From an uncultured delta proteobacterium (lineage in GTDB: Bacteria; Myxococcota_A; Polyangia; Polyangiales; Polyangiaceae): a DNA stretch of 64,000 nucleotides. The position numbers and the translations under genes are program-made. Below are positions 41,899-50,533 of this stretch, one piece after another (position 1 is the first letter of the stretch; each line of letters begins with the position of its first letter). The stretch spans positions 96,001 to 160,000 of the forward strand of contig CAVQUB010000032.1 in assembly GCA_963716725.1 (NCBI GenBank). The letters run 5' to 3'. The notes beneath the pieces are model-generated. The model had not been told where the DNA came from and did no database searches. It saw only the letters and a program-made list of their open reading frames with translations.

Positions 41899-42162
41899 AT
41901 GAGTGCTGCTTCGTCGCGAGTGACCGCGCAACATCAGATTTCGATTCCCGCCAATGTCCGTAGCAGACTGGGCATCGTTCCCGGCACGGAGCTCGTCTGG
42001 GAGGAACGCGACGGAGAATACGTCGTCAGGCCGAAGCGCTACTCTCTCGAGGACGTTCGCGCCGTGTGTGCGCGCCGCCCGGTGAAGGCTCGGTCGCTCC
42101 GCGCCATGCGCGCGGCACGCGATCGTGCCTTGAAGGCGAAACATGGCCGCGGCCGACACTAA
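41899..42162 (+). CDS. AbrB/MazE/SpoVT-type antitoxin
   Basis: SRVTAQHQISIPANVRSRLGIVPGTELVW; overlaps the PIN gene. Confidence 0.9.
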   Translation: MSAASSRVTAQHQISIPANVRSRLGIVPGTELVWEERDGEYVVRPKRYSLEDVRAVCARRPVKARSLRAMRAARDRALKAKHGRGRH

Positions 42163-42535
42163 CGTCCTGTTGCGCCTCTTGCTCGACGACGACGAGGAGC
42201 AAGCGCGTGCGGCGAGGGCTTTCCTGCGAGCGCATGCCCCGCTGTTCGTCTCGCATGTGGTGATCGTCGAGGCGTCGTGGGTGCTGTCGAGCGCATATCG
42301 GTTTTCGCGTAAACAGCTCGGGGAAGTCTTGAACATGCTGCTCGACACCGAAGGTTTGACCGTCGAGCGTCCCTCGATCGTCTCGGCAGCACTCCGCCAT
42401 TTCGGGGCATCGAGCGCTGACTTCTCCGATTGCTTGATCCTCGCGACGGCGCAGGCCGCTGCTGCCGCGCCACTCGCGACATTCGACCGAAAGCTCGCGA
42501 AGCTGTCGGGGGCACGGCAGATCGGACGCAAGTGA
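42143..42535 (+). CDS. vapC: PIN-domain toxin
   Basis: DTNVLLR, VIVEASWVL, ADFSDCLI, TFDRKL. Confidence 0.93.
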   Translation: MAAADTNVLLRLLLDDDEEQARAARAFLRAHAPLFVSHVVIVEASWVLSSAYRFSRKQLGEVLNMLLDTEGLTVERPSIVSAALRHFGASSADFSDCLILATAQAAAAAPLATFDRKLAKLSGARQIGRK

Positions 42536-42610
42536 GGTGACGCAGAGCACGGGGATCGGGCTGTGGCCCCGATTGCTCCGCCGCGGCCCGCCCCCAAGCC
42601 CCCAACTTAC

Positions 42611-42705
42611 TCACGCCCCAAACCAACGCCGATCCCGAAAGCTCCCCCGCCAGCGTCACCAAGATCTCCCTCGGGTCACTGGTCTTCAACGCCGGCAACG
42701 CCGCC
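42611..42705 (-). repeat. Copy A of the ArsA-family gene 3' end (about 95 bp)
   Basis: Encodes AALPALKTSDPREILVTLAGELSGSALV; aligns to the intact gene from its stop at 56483, with one extra base near the stop. Confidence 0.93.
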
Positions 42706-42778
42706 GGCACGCGGTCGAGGCGTGGCTCGTCATGCGGATTGCCCGCACCGACACTTGCCCCGATTACGCACGCGGCGC

Positions 42779-42979
42779 ATGGTTGTGGGATGCGGGGCGG
42801 CATCGGGCATCGGGCATCGGGCACTCGTACCGCTGTTGAGCGCCCTTCTCGGCTTGGGCTCCAGCGCCTGCGCACCGGAGGGGGACGGCGCGAGCGCCGG
42901 CTACAAGGTCAAGATCTTCCTCGCCTACTGGAACGGTCCCAGCGGGACGACGTTCGGGGTCGCGTGGGACTCGTGGTGA
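42779..42979 (+). pseudogene. Internally deleted copy of the S8 peptidase gene (leader fused in frame to the last ~25 codons)
   Basis: 42740-42899 matches about 53462-53684 and 42901 onward matches 55513 onward; about 1.8 kb missing; (ATCGGGC)x3 at 42802-42822. Confidence 0.85.
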
Positions 42980-42987
42980 GGGAGGCG

Positions 42988-43743
42988 ATGGTGCGGGCGG
43001 TCAGGATTTCAGCCGTGTGCCTGCTTCTGGCCGGGGTCGGCTCGAGCTGTGACGGCAACGTCGCGGGAGAGCCAGACGCCGGGGCGGCGGGCGCGGCCGG
43101 GTTCGGTGGCAGCGACGGAGCTCCGGGTGGGGGCGGTGGCGGCGCCCTCGACGGCTCCGCGGACGCCGACGGCCCCCTCGGGGCGTGCGCCGCGGAGCAG
43201 GCGGCGTTGATAGCGTTCGTGAAGGCGAACAAGGCATGCACGGCGGATGCGGACTGCGTCTTCGTCAGTGCGGAGTCCGGTATTCAGGAGCTTTGCCCGA
43301 GCCAACACATCCAGGCGGGCGGGTTCTACCTGAACGCCTCCCACGCCAAGGCAGAGTTCGAGAAGCTGGCCAATGCCCTCGACGCCTGTCTGCCTCCGCT
43401 TCTGCAGTGCAATCTGAGTCCCTTCCCGGCCGTATGCTGGCATGGGCAGTGCGAGGGCGGCCTGAGCGGCAAGACCCAATGCCTCTCAGACCTCGGCGGC
43501 GAGTCCGCATGTACGAAGTGCGCGTGTGGACCCTGCGCGTCTGCTTGCCGGGGTTTACCGGAGCGCCCCGTCGTCCTCTGTGCCCTGAAGGCCGGGTGCC
43601 TGGGCACGCCGAAGTGCGATCCGGCGTCGCCCGCCTTCCCGTGCAAAGAGATCCTCGCCAACTCGCCAGGCGAGACCTACCACTACTGCAACGAGTGCAT
43701 CGCGGACTGGCAGTGCGCGGCGGACTGCGCCGCCGGCAAGTGA
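42988..43743 (+). CDS. Cys-rich lipoprotein (intact paralogue of 55600-56358)
   Basis: GGAGG RBS, ATG 42988, VGSSC lipobox-like, Gly linker, many Cys. Confidence 0.8.
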   Translation: MVRAVRISAVCLLLAGVGSSCDGNVAGEPDAGAAGAAGFGGSDGAPGGGGGGALDGSADADGPLGACAAEQAALIAFVKANKACTADADCVFVSAESGIQELCPSQHIQAGGFYLNASHAKAEFEKLANALDACLPPLLQCNLSPFPAVCWHGQCEGGLSGKTQCLSDLGGESACTKCACGPCASACRGLPERPVVLCALKAGCLGTPKCDPASPAFPCKEILANSPGETYHYCNECIADWQCAADCAAGK

Positions 43744-43865
43744 GCGCGCAGGTTTGCGGTTGGAGTGCGCCGGCGCGACGCCACCCGACCGTGTCCTGAC
43801 CTGAACCAAGCGCAAGCGACGACCTGTGGTGGACCAGTGGCTTGCACCCTGCACGCCTCAGCGCC

Positions 43866-43991
43866 TCACCCCCCAACCAACGCCGTTCCCCCCAGCTCCC
43901 CCGCCAGCGTCACCAAGATCTCCCTCGGATCGCTGGTCTTCAAGGCAGGCAATGCAAGTAGCGGCGTCTTCTTCCGCACCATGCCCAACAG
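43866..43991 (-). repeat. Copy B of the ArsA-family gene 3' end (about 125 bp)
   Basis: Encodes GMVRKKTPLLALPALKTSDPREILVTLAGELGGTALVGG*. Confidence 0.93.
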
Positions 43992-44453
43992 GGATCGCCC
44001 AACTAGCCCTTAAACAAGCGCTTGCCGAGCCCGGTCGCGAGCCGTGTGAGCGTCAGGGAGCGGGACACACCACGACTGCCGACCTGCGCGAATCGCGCCT
44101 CGGCGCCGACCCGCTGCCCAGAACTCGATGTCCCATCGGCGGTCCGCCTCGAACCCCTTGCCGACACGGACGTGCCATTCGCTCATCAGGAGCGGATCGT
44201 AGCATCCGGTCGTAGCTCGGCCAACACGCCCGCGGCGTACCGCAACTGCGACTCGGTGCCGCCTGCGCCGACGATGCCTTCGACGCGCGTGAGCCGATTC
44301 GGGACGGACCAGTCGAGCACGGGCCCGCTGGAGCCGAGCGTCGCGTATCCAGCCCCACCCGACCGCAACAGCGACATCGAACGGCTCCCAGCACTCGAAA
44401 ACCTCGGGAATTTCGCGGTTCGGAAAGTCGAGTTGCAGGCCCGCGCAACCCTG

Positions 44454-44479
44454 GAAAGCCCTGTGACCGCAGGGCTTTC
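44454..44479. terminator. Hairpin GAAAGCCCTG-N6-CAGGGCTTTC, terminator-like
   Basis: Perfect 10-bp stem; only a weak T tail. Confidence 0.45.
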
Positions 44480-44521
44480 GCGTTTCTGCCACCTGCTTTG
44501 AACTTCGACCGTCGAGCCGCG

Positions 44522-44690
44522 ATGAGCAACGGCGAGAACGCGGACAATGAGAGGACGGCCGCGGTGCTCCCCGCCGCGATCGACGAAGGGATCGCCGAGC
44601 TCGATGCGGGTCTTGGGCAAGAGACGACCGAGGAGCTGATGGACGAGCTCCGTCGCGACGTGGGTCACCGTGGATGTCAGCGTGAGGCAG
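44522..44690 (+). pseudogene. ParD-like antitoxin remnant
   Basis: LPAAIDEGIAELDAGLG..TTEELMDELR resembles ParD C-termini; no cognate toxin follows. Confidence 0.45.
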
Positions 44691-44709
44691 GCTCGTCCAA
44701 CGCGTCATC

Positions 44710-45024
44710 ATGCTCGACCTGTTCATCCCGCCATCCGCGCGACGGCTGGTTCGCTACACCGTGCCCATCAACGTCCGCTTTGGCGCTGACCGTCTCCGCC
44801 TCGCCTGCAAACGCGACCTCGGGCTGACGCTCGATCCGGCGACCGCCGTGCGCTTTCATAATCGAAGGAAGGATACGCTCGTGCTCTACACGCGCGATCA
44901 GAGCGGTAATCGCTGCATCGCGAAGAAGCTGGAGCGAGGCGCGTTCCTCCTCCCCGTTCCTGCGGAGGGCCAGAAGTGCGTGGTGCTCAACGCCTCGAAG
45001 GTCGCGAGTCTGTTTCGCACGTGA
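44710..45024 (+). CDS. IS66 accessory protein TnpB (Orf2)-like, solitary
   Basis: PINVRFG.DRL, FHNRRKDTL.LY..D..G.....KKLERGAF.LP. Confidence 0.7.
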   Translation: MLDLFIPPSARRLVRYTVPINVRFGADRLRLACKRDLGLTLDPATAVRFHNRRKDTLVLYTRDQSGNRCIAKKLERGAFLLPVPAEGQKCVVLNASKVASLFRT

Positions 45025-45073
45025 TCGCGCCCGGAGCGCGCCCCTGCGATCCTGATCGGGCATGGTGGTGTAG

Positions 45074-45880
45074 ATGGCCTCCACGCACGTGTCCGACAGC
45101 GCCGAGCAGAGACGCGCCGAAGCCTTCGTGCTCAAGGCACTCGGGACGAAGCTTGGAGTCGAGCTCCTGCCACGCACGTTGCAGTTGCCGGACGGCTCAC
45201 TCGTCGAGATCGACGGAGGCGCGGACGGCCCGCCGCCGATTCTCGCGGAAGTCTACGCCCTCCAGGGTCGGCTGAAGGGAAGCCAACCGGACAAGCTGCT
45301 TGCCGACGCATTCAAGCTGGTGGCCGCACGCAGGCTCGCGATCCCCTGCGGCCACGCCCGCCTTCTGCTCGTCCTGACTGACGACGACGCTGCCCGCGGG
45401 TTGCGAGGTGGCTGGAGAAAGGCCGCGCTCACCGCGATGGAGGTCGAGGTGCACGTGGTCGCGCTCCCGACCGACATCGCAGCGGGGGTTCGGTCCGCCC
45501 AGAAGCGGCAGCAGATGGTGAACGCGGCCAAGCAGGGCGCCGGATCTGCGTTGCCTCCTCGCCAAAACGAGCGACTTCTCGGGCTGCACAGGATGGTGGC
45601 CGTTCCAACGCAAACCGGGCATCCTTTCATCATGCACGCGCACGCGAACGACCTCGCATCGGCAATCCCAAGCGCGCCGTTCGATGACCTCGACCTCGAC
45701 CGTCCCGAGGACGAGGAGGAGTGGGAGCGCCGGGTGATGGCGCTCGCCGCCGCGCGCATCGCGGCCGAGCGCGTCCGCCTCCAACGGCTCGGCATCATCG
45801 ACGCGAACGGCGATCTCGTCTCGCGCGAGTTGCCGCCGGACATGCTGCCCGACTCGGATACGACGCTCGAAACCGGCTGA
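45074..45880 (+). CDS. PD-(D/E)xK-like nuclease domain (to about 45525) in frame with a small acidic antitoxin-like protein (own ATG at 45632)
   Basis: VEIDG......LAEVYA.QG.LK.SQ..K...DAFKL; atypical linker; then MHAHAND..EDEEEWERR..LQRLGIIDANGDL..ELP.DM. Confidence 0.55.
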   Translation: MASTHVSDSAEQRRAEAFVLKALGTKLGVELLPRTLQLPDGSLVEIDGGADGPPPILAEVYALQGRLKGSQPDKLLADAFKLVAARRLAIPCGHARLLLVLTDDDAARGLRGGWRKAALTAMEVEVHVVALPTDIAAGVRSAQKRQQMVNAAKQGAGSALPPRQNERLLGLHRMVAVPTQTGHPFIMHAHANDLASAIPSAPFDDLDLDRPEDEEEWERRVMALAAARIAAERVRLQRLGIIDANGDLVSRELPPDMLPDSDTTLETG

Positions 45881-45886
45881 CCCGCG

Positions 45887-46471
45887 ATGTCGCAGCCGCG
45901 CATGATCGTCGTCGCCGGCCCCCCAGGCAGCGGCAAGACGAGGTTCTTCCCGGTCACGGGTTTCGGCGTCGATGCGTTCAACATCGACGACCGGTGCGCG
46001 CAGATCCTCGGGAGCTACCGCGCGATCCCGCGCGATGTCCGACGCGCCGTCGCGAAGGAGTGCGAGCGATTCGTCCTCGATCACATCATGCGACGGGAGT
46101 CGTTCGCGGTCGAGACGACGCTTCGGACCACGGCCGCGATCGGGCAAGCGGAGCTCGCACGCAAGAACGGCTTCGCCACCTTGATGCGCTTCGTCGCCAC
46201 GGACTCGATCGCCGAGAACGTGGCGCGCGTGCTGCAACGCGCGCAGGCGGGCGGCCACGGCGCGTCCGAGCGCGAGATCCGCGCGATCCATCAAGCGAGC
46301 GTCGAGAATCTCCGGAAGGCAGTCGGTACCTTCGAGCGCGTTCGTGTCTACGACTCGACCACACGATGGACGCCACCCCGGCTCGTCGCAGTCGCGCGCG
46401 GCGGGCGGCTCGTGGTTCAGGGAGCGACCCCCGGCTGGCTCGAAGCCGCGCTCGCGAACGGCGATGCGTGA
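45887..46471 (+). CDS. Zeta-toxin-like / AAA_33 P-loop NTPase
   Basis: VVAGPPGSGKT, FNIDD, SFAVETTL, RV.QR...GGH, VYDS. Confidence 0.85.
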   Translation: MSQPRMIVVAGPPGSGKTRFFPVTGFGVDAFNIDDRCAQILGSYRAIPRDVRRAVAKECERFVLDHIMRRESFAVETTLRTTAAIGQAELARKNGFATLMRFVATDSIAENVARVLQRAQAGGHGASEREIRAIHQASVENLRKAVGTFERVRVYDSTTRWTPPRLVAVARGGRLVVQGATPGWLEAALANGDA

Positions 46472-46826
46472 CTCACCGCCCAATCGCGATCGACCCAGCG
46501 AACGCTACCCAGACCTCGGAAACCCCCCGAAACTGCTGGGCAGGAAAGTCGAGTTGCTCGTGCACAGCACCCGGTCGGCCAGTGCCTGATCCGGAGCCTG
46601 ATGGTGCCCGCTGGCTCTTTGGCGAGCCGAAAGCAGCGCCCATCCGCCCGCTTCCGAACCGGCTCGACGAGCCAGGCTGAGGGCCGTGGAATCAGACGCG
46701 GGCACGGCATGCCAGGCGCTGGGCGGAAGGACGGGAACGGGCCCCAGCTCAAAAGGCACTCACCCCGCCACCAACGCCGTTCCCCCCAGCTCCCCCGCGA
46801 GCGTCACCAGGATCTCCCGCGGGTCA

Positions 46827-47333
46827 CTAGTGCCGCGCGGCCGAAGTTCGAGTGGATTCGCCCCTGAGACCTGCGCTCATTTGGGCTCTCACAGGAAGGG
46901 CGGAAGAGCGGAAGGATTTGGGGGGGTCAGGCGTGAGCCCCCGCAGGCCATTTCTGAGCGCGGTCACGTTGAAGTTGACGAGCAGGCCGCCAGGCAACTG
47001 CGAAAGGCGCAGATAGGTGATGACCTGCGCTTCGTGAATCGGGAGCAGCCGCTCGACCGCCCCGAGCTCCAGGAGGATATGATCTGGAAGCGACCAGGTC
47101 GAGGCGATAGGCGCAGTCAAGGTGCACGCCTTTTTGGCGGATTGGTAGCGGATTGGTAGCGGTCGCTGCCGCTCGAACCTGAGCCGTCGTTCGGACAGCT
47201 CGGCAGATAGACAGGCCTCGTATGCGGATTCCATCTGCCCTGGACCGAGATGCCGATGCACCTCGATCAGCGCACCGATCACCTCGTCCGTCCCATCCCC
47301 AAATCTTCCGAGCTTTCGCCCTTCCTGTGCCAT
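46827..47333 (-). pseudogene. GxxExxY protein, degraded
   Basis: VIGALIEVHRHLGPGQMESAYE, HEAQVITYL, GLLVNFN; an 11-bp duplication near 47137-47158 moves KGVHLDCAYRLDLV out of frame, later compensated; the usual ELK reads ELG. Confidence 0.88.
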
Positions 47334-47466
47334 CCCCGTGCGAGCGGAACCGTCGGACGACCACCGTGCGCTCGGCCCGCGAACGCGCTGTAGTCGATCA
47401 TGTCACCCCACTACACCGACGACACGCACACGGAAAAGAAACCAGCGAAACTTCTGCCGCGCGCCA
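46831..47466. mobile_element. 636-bp non-autonomous inverted-repeat element carrying a GxxExxY gene
   Basis: Left end TGCCGCGCGGCCGAAGTT, reverse complement of right end TGGCGCGCGGCAGAAGTT (16/18); CTAG duplicated at 46827-46830 and 47467-47470; removal restores copy C. Confidence 0.85.
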
Positions 47467-48352
47467 CTAGTCTTCAACGCCGGCAACGCCGCCAGCGGCG
47501 TCTTCTTCGGCACCATGCCGGCCAGCGCGGTCAGCGCCTGCCGCGTCTGACCTTCCCGCGCCCCGAACTCCCTCCGATACGCGGCGATCGCGTCGCCGAG
47601 GGCGGGCTCACTGCCGATGCGCGCTTCGATTTCAGAAATCCACGCGGGCGTCGCGCCCACCGCGCGATTCAGCAACACCGCGGTCGCATCCAGCGATCGA
47701 TCCCGGAGCTGGCCGATCAGGTACTCCGCGTCGTCGAGGGAGCTGCCGCTCGGGCCGGTCACGACCACGTAGCGCGTGCTCCCTCTTCAGGGACTTGCCC
47801 CTCCGGGCACTTCCCAGGGTCGTCCCAGGGTCGTGGGCAGCGCGATGCGCTTCTCGACGTTGCGCACTAAGTGCAGCCACTTCTCGCGCACCGGCATGAA
47901 CTCCCCGAACAGCGCCGCGATGTCCCGGATCGCGATGGCGCCGACCACGTTCGAGACCAGGTTGTTCCTGCCTCCCCTCGTCTCGCTTCGCTCGCCGGTC
48001 CCCTCCAAGCCCGGTGCGCGCGAGGGGTGGCGTCATGTCAGAAACGCGCACGCCTTGCCGACGCTCGCGCGCACGCGGGCGGAGGGGACGCGTTGCTCCG
48101 GGTGAGTGGCGTTCGTATTCGCCGGGCGTAGGTGGTCCCGAACGGAGCCATGTGGTGGCTCTGGCTGTAGAACTCCTTGAACGCTTCGGCGCAGCGGCGC
48201 CACCTCATAGTCGGGTGGAGGGGACGCGTCGCTCCGCGCTGGGTGCGCGCTCGCCACCTGTGGGCAAGGCTCGCGAGTGGATCAAGCCGTCCTCGGGCCG
48301 TGAGGCATTTGCCGGATGGCGTCGAGCGCCCGAACGAGGACACCGAGGTGGA

Positions 48353-48643
48353 TCACGATCCCGCCGCGGCAGGCCGCCCGGGGTGGATCAGTCGGTGGCC
48401 CGCGAATGGATCAGTCTTAAGCCGCCGCCAAAGCTCGGGCGTCCTGCGATCCTGCTCCCAGTTAAGAAGCGTGTGCACGCTGATCCCGAGCGGCTCGGCG
48501 AACTTCGCCTGACTCAGCCCGATGAATCGCCGTAGGGCAGCGACGTCCCCCGGTTCAAGCTCTCCACGCATGATGCGCTCGCGCTGGCTCCGCCGCAGGT
48601 GTCGTGCAAAGTCGGCTCGGGTGAGTTCACGGGTAGACTTCAT
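48353..48643 (-). CDS. HTH (XRE/HigA-like) antitoxin-type protein, C-terminus probably damaged
   Basis: VAALRRFIGLSQAKFA..LGISVHTL.NWEQ.RR.PE. Confidence 0.75.
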   Translation of the reverse strand: MKSTRELTRADFARHLRRSQRERIMRGELEPGDVAALRRFIGLSQAKFAEPLGISVHTLLNWEQDRRTPELWRRLKTDPFAGHRLIHPGRPAAAGS

Positions 48644-48688
48644 GACCACTTGATGCCGCTCGCTCGCAGCACTTCGCGCGGAACTTCC

Positions 48689-49180
48689 TCAAGCAACCGC
48701 TTGCCACTCGCGCCCCGAAACACGGAGGTTGATCTTCGCCGGCTCGTGACTGTTGGAGTCGATGTTCGCCAACTTCTCCAGTGGGTACTCCTCAATGGGA
48801 CGACCGTGCACCACCATCATGCGGAGAAGCCGGTCGGACTGCTCTCCGATCGGAAGGGCATCGTTCTCCCACTTGGAGAGAATGGTCGGATCCACACCAA
48901 CATGGCGGGCAAAATCGACCCCCGAAAACCCGAGTATCTTCCGCAAGAATCGTACCTCCATCCCCGTGAGCCGGCTCGGCTTCATGGTGACGGCGAGTGC
49001 GATGGCTCGATGAAGATGTTCCACGGCGGAGATGATCACCACGTGCTCTTTGCACATGGGGCAGCGGCGCACCTCCACGTTGTCGAGCCACACATTCGGG
49101 AGCCCCGAATCGGTGTAGTTCACGCGCTCTCGCCCGCTAACGAGATCGCCTTTGCCGCACGCTCTGCACTTTCGTTTCAT
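48689..49180 (-). CDS. MqsA-like antitoxin (zinc finger + HTH)
   Basis: CRAC...GLPNVWL.NVEVRRCPMC, RLTGMEVRFLRK.LG.SG..FA..VGV....SKWEN. Confidence 0.88.
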   Translation of the reverse strand: MKRKCRACGKGDLVSGRERVNYTDSGLPNVWLDNVEVRRCPMCKEHVVIISAVEHLHRAIALAVTMKPSRLTGMEVRFLRKILGFSGVDFARHVGVDPTILSKWENDALPIGEQSDRLLRMMVVHGRPIEEYPLEKLANIDSNSHEPAKINLRVSGREWQAVA

Positions 49181-49479
49181 GGCTGTGATCTCCAAACCGT
49201 CACGACGACCAGCTCGATGTCGTTCTCATCCTCCGCCTCATCGGGGGCAGGCTCGAAGGCAACGACCACCGTGATCCGCTGCGTTCGAACCCGATATCGC
49301 CAGTCTCCGTTCTCGTGCTCCGCCTCGCTGACCGTGCCGGCGCGGAGCACGTTGACGATGTCGACGTCGTTGAGCTGGTCCTTGTCGCGTTCCCTTCGGG
49401 CGTGAGGCGTCAGGTGGAAACTCCCCGCCTGCATGAGCTGGCGGATGAGCCTCTTCGCATCGTCTTTCCGAAGAGGCAC
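49177..49479 (-). CDS. DUF4258-like putative toxin
   Basis: FHLTPHARRE.....L...DI.NVLRAG, WRYRV, LVVVTVW; ATGA overlap with the MqsA-like gene. Confidence 0.8.
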   Translation of the reverse strand: MPLRKDDAKRLIRQLMQAGSFHLTPHARRERDKDQLNDVDIVNVLRAGTVSEAEHENGDWRYRVRTQRITVVVAFEPAPDEAEDENDIELVVVTVWRSQP

Positions 49480-49487
49480 CCATAGGA

Positions 49488-49515
49488 AGCCTAGCCAGGC
49501 TTGGTAAATTGTCAA
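49488..49515 (-). promoter_or_regulatory. Candidate promoter TTGACA-16-TAGGCT for the DUF4258/MqsA-like operon
   Basis: Consensus -35 read on the minus strand just upstream of the start. Confidence 0.6.
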
Positions 49516-49652
49516 GATGGGCACCTGCTGCCAAACGCCCGACGCAGGGCTCAAATCAGCTTGTCCAGTCCACGCGTGGCGTGATCTGCGGTGGACCGGG
49601 TGTCTGCGGATCACGGTGAGGGCAACTACTCCGATCAACTACCCGAGGTGCT

Positions 49653-49985
49653 GCGTCTGACCTTCCCGCGCCCCGAACTCCCTCCGGTACGCCGCGATCG
49701 CGTCGCCGAGGGCGGGCTCTGCGCCAACGCGCGCTTCCAGCTCGGGGATCCACGCCGGCGTCGCGCCCACCGCGCGATTCAACAGCACCGCGGTCGCGTC
49801 CAGCGATCGATCCCGGAGCTGGCCGATCAGGTACGCGGCGTCGTCGAGGGAGCTGCCGCTCGGCCCGGTGACCACCACGTAGCGCGTGCCGGGCAGCGCG
49901 ATGCGCTTCTCGACGTTGCGCACCAGGTGCAGCCACTTCTCGCGCACCGGCATGAACTCCCCGAACAGCGCGGCGATGTCCCGGA
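49653..49985 (-). repeat. Copy D of the ArsA-family gene 3' part (333 bp, equivalent to 56626-56958, truncated at both ends)
   Basis: Encodes RDIAALFGEFMPVREKWLHL...YRREFGAREGQT without indels. Confidence 0.95.
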
Positions 49986-50033
49986 GCGACGGCTGCGGGT
50001 AGTGAAAACCCAACCTCGCCGGGAGAATCGTGA

Positions 50034-50145
50034 TCACGCTGCGAGCCTGTTGTATCGGCGGTGCAATCCGCCGACCCTCGGAAGCTCGACGACGCGACCC
50101 ACCGAGCGAAGCTCGAGGGGACGCGACTCCGGGCAGTCGTTGGCG
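50034..50145 (-). pseudogene. C-terminal remnant of an integrase-core (rve) transposase
   Basis: HLANDCPESRPLE..VGRVVELPRVGGLHRRY.R.AA*. Confidence 0.6.
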
Positions 50146-50284
50146 AGGTGTGGCTTCGGCGCGACCAGGTTGCGGATGGGCGAAGTAGCCACGACAACGC
50201 GCCCTACTCGCCTAAGTTCGCCCATCCGCTTTGGTCTGGCGAGCCTCTTGCTTCCCCGTGCGGGCGAGCCAGAAGCGCGGTACC

Positions 50285-50533
50285 ATGACCGGCATGCACG
50301 CGCGGAAGCTGCGAGTTGCCAACGGTCGGCTGGTGCTCGATGAACCCACGAACCTGCCCGACGGCGCGGAGGTGGAAGTCGTTGTCATCGACGACGGACT
50401 GAGCGCCGAGGAGCGCGCAGACCTCCACGCCTCGCTGGACCGCGCACTGGACGACTCAGAAGCGGGTCGAGGAATGGACGCTTGGGAATACCTGGAGCAG
50501 TATCGAGCCCGTCGTGAAGCTCGTCCTGCTTGA
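50285..50533 (+). CDS. Putative antitoxin
   Basis: RVANGRLVLDEPTNLPDGAEVEV..D.LSAEERA.LHASL..A....EAG; overlaps a RelE/ParE-like gene. Confidence 0.7.
   Translation: MTGMHARKLRVANGRLVLDEPTNLPDGAEVEVVVIDDGLSAEERADLHASLDRALDDSEAGRGMDAWEYLEQYRARREARPA

Larger units (their letters stand above)
46760..47962 (-). repeat. Copy C of the ArsA-family gene 3' part (about 510 bp, equivalent to 56483-56991), interrupted by insertions at 46831-47466 and 47781-47834
   Basis: Segments 46760-46830, 47467-47780 and 47835-47962 are collinear with the intact gene. Confidence 0.93.

Noticed and set aside
42611..49985. CRISPR array or integron interpretation of the dispersed repeats
   Set aside because: The repeats are 95-510 bp pieces of a coding gene with kb-scale spacing; no cas or intI gene and no convincing attC sites were seen.
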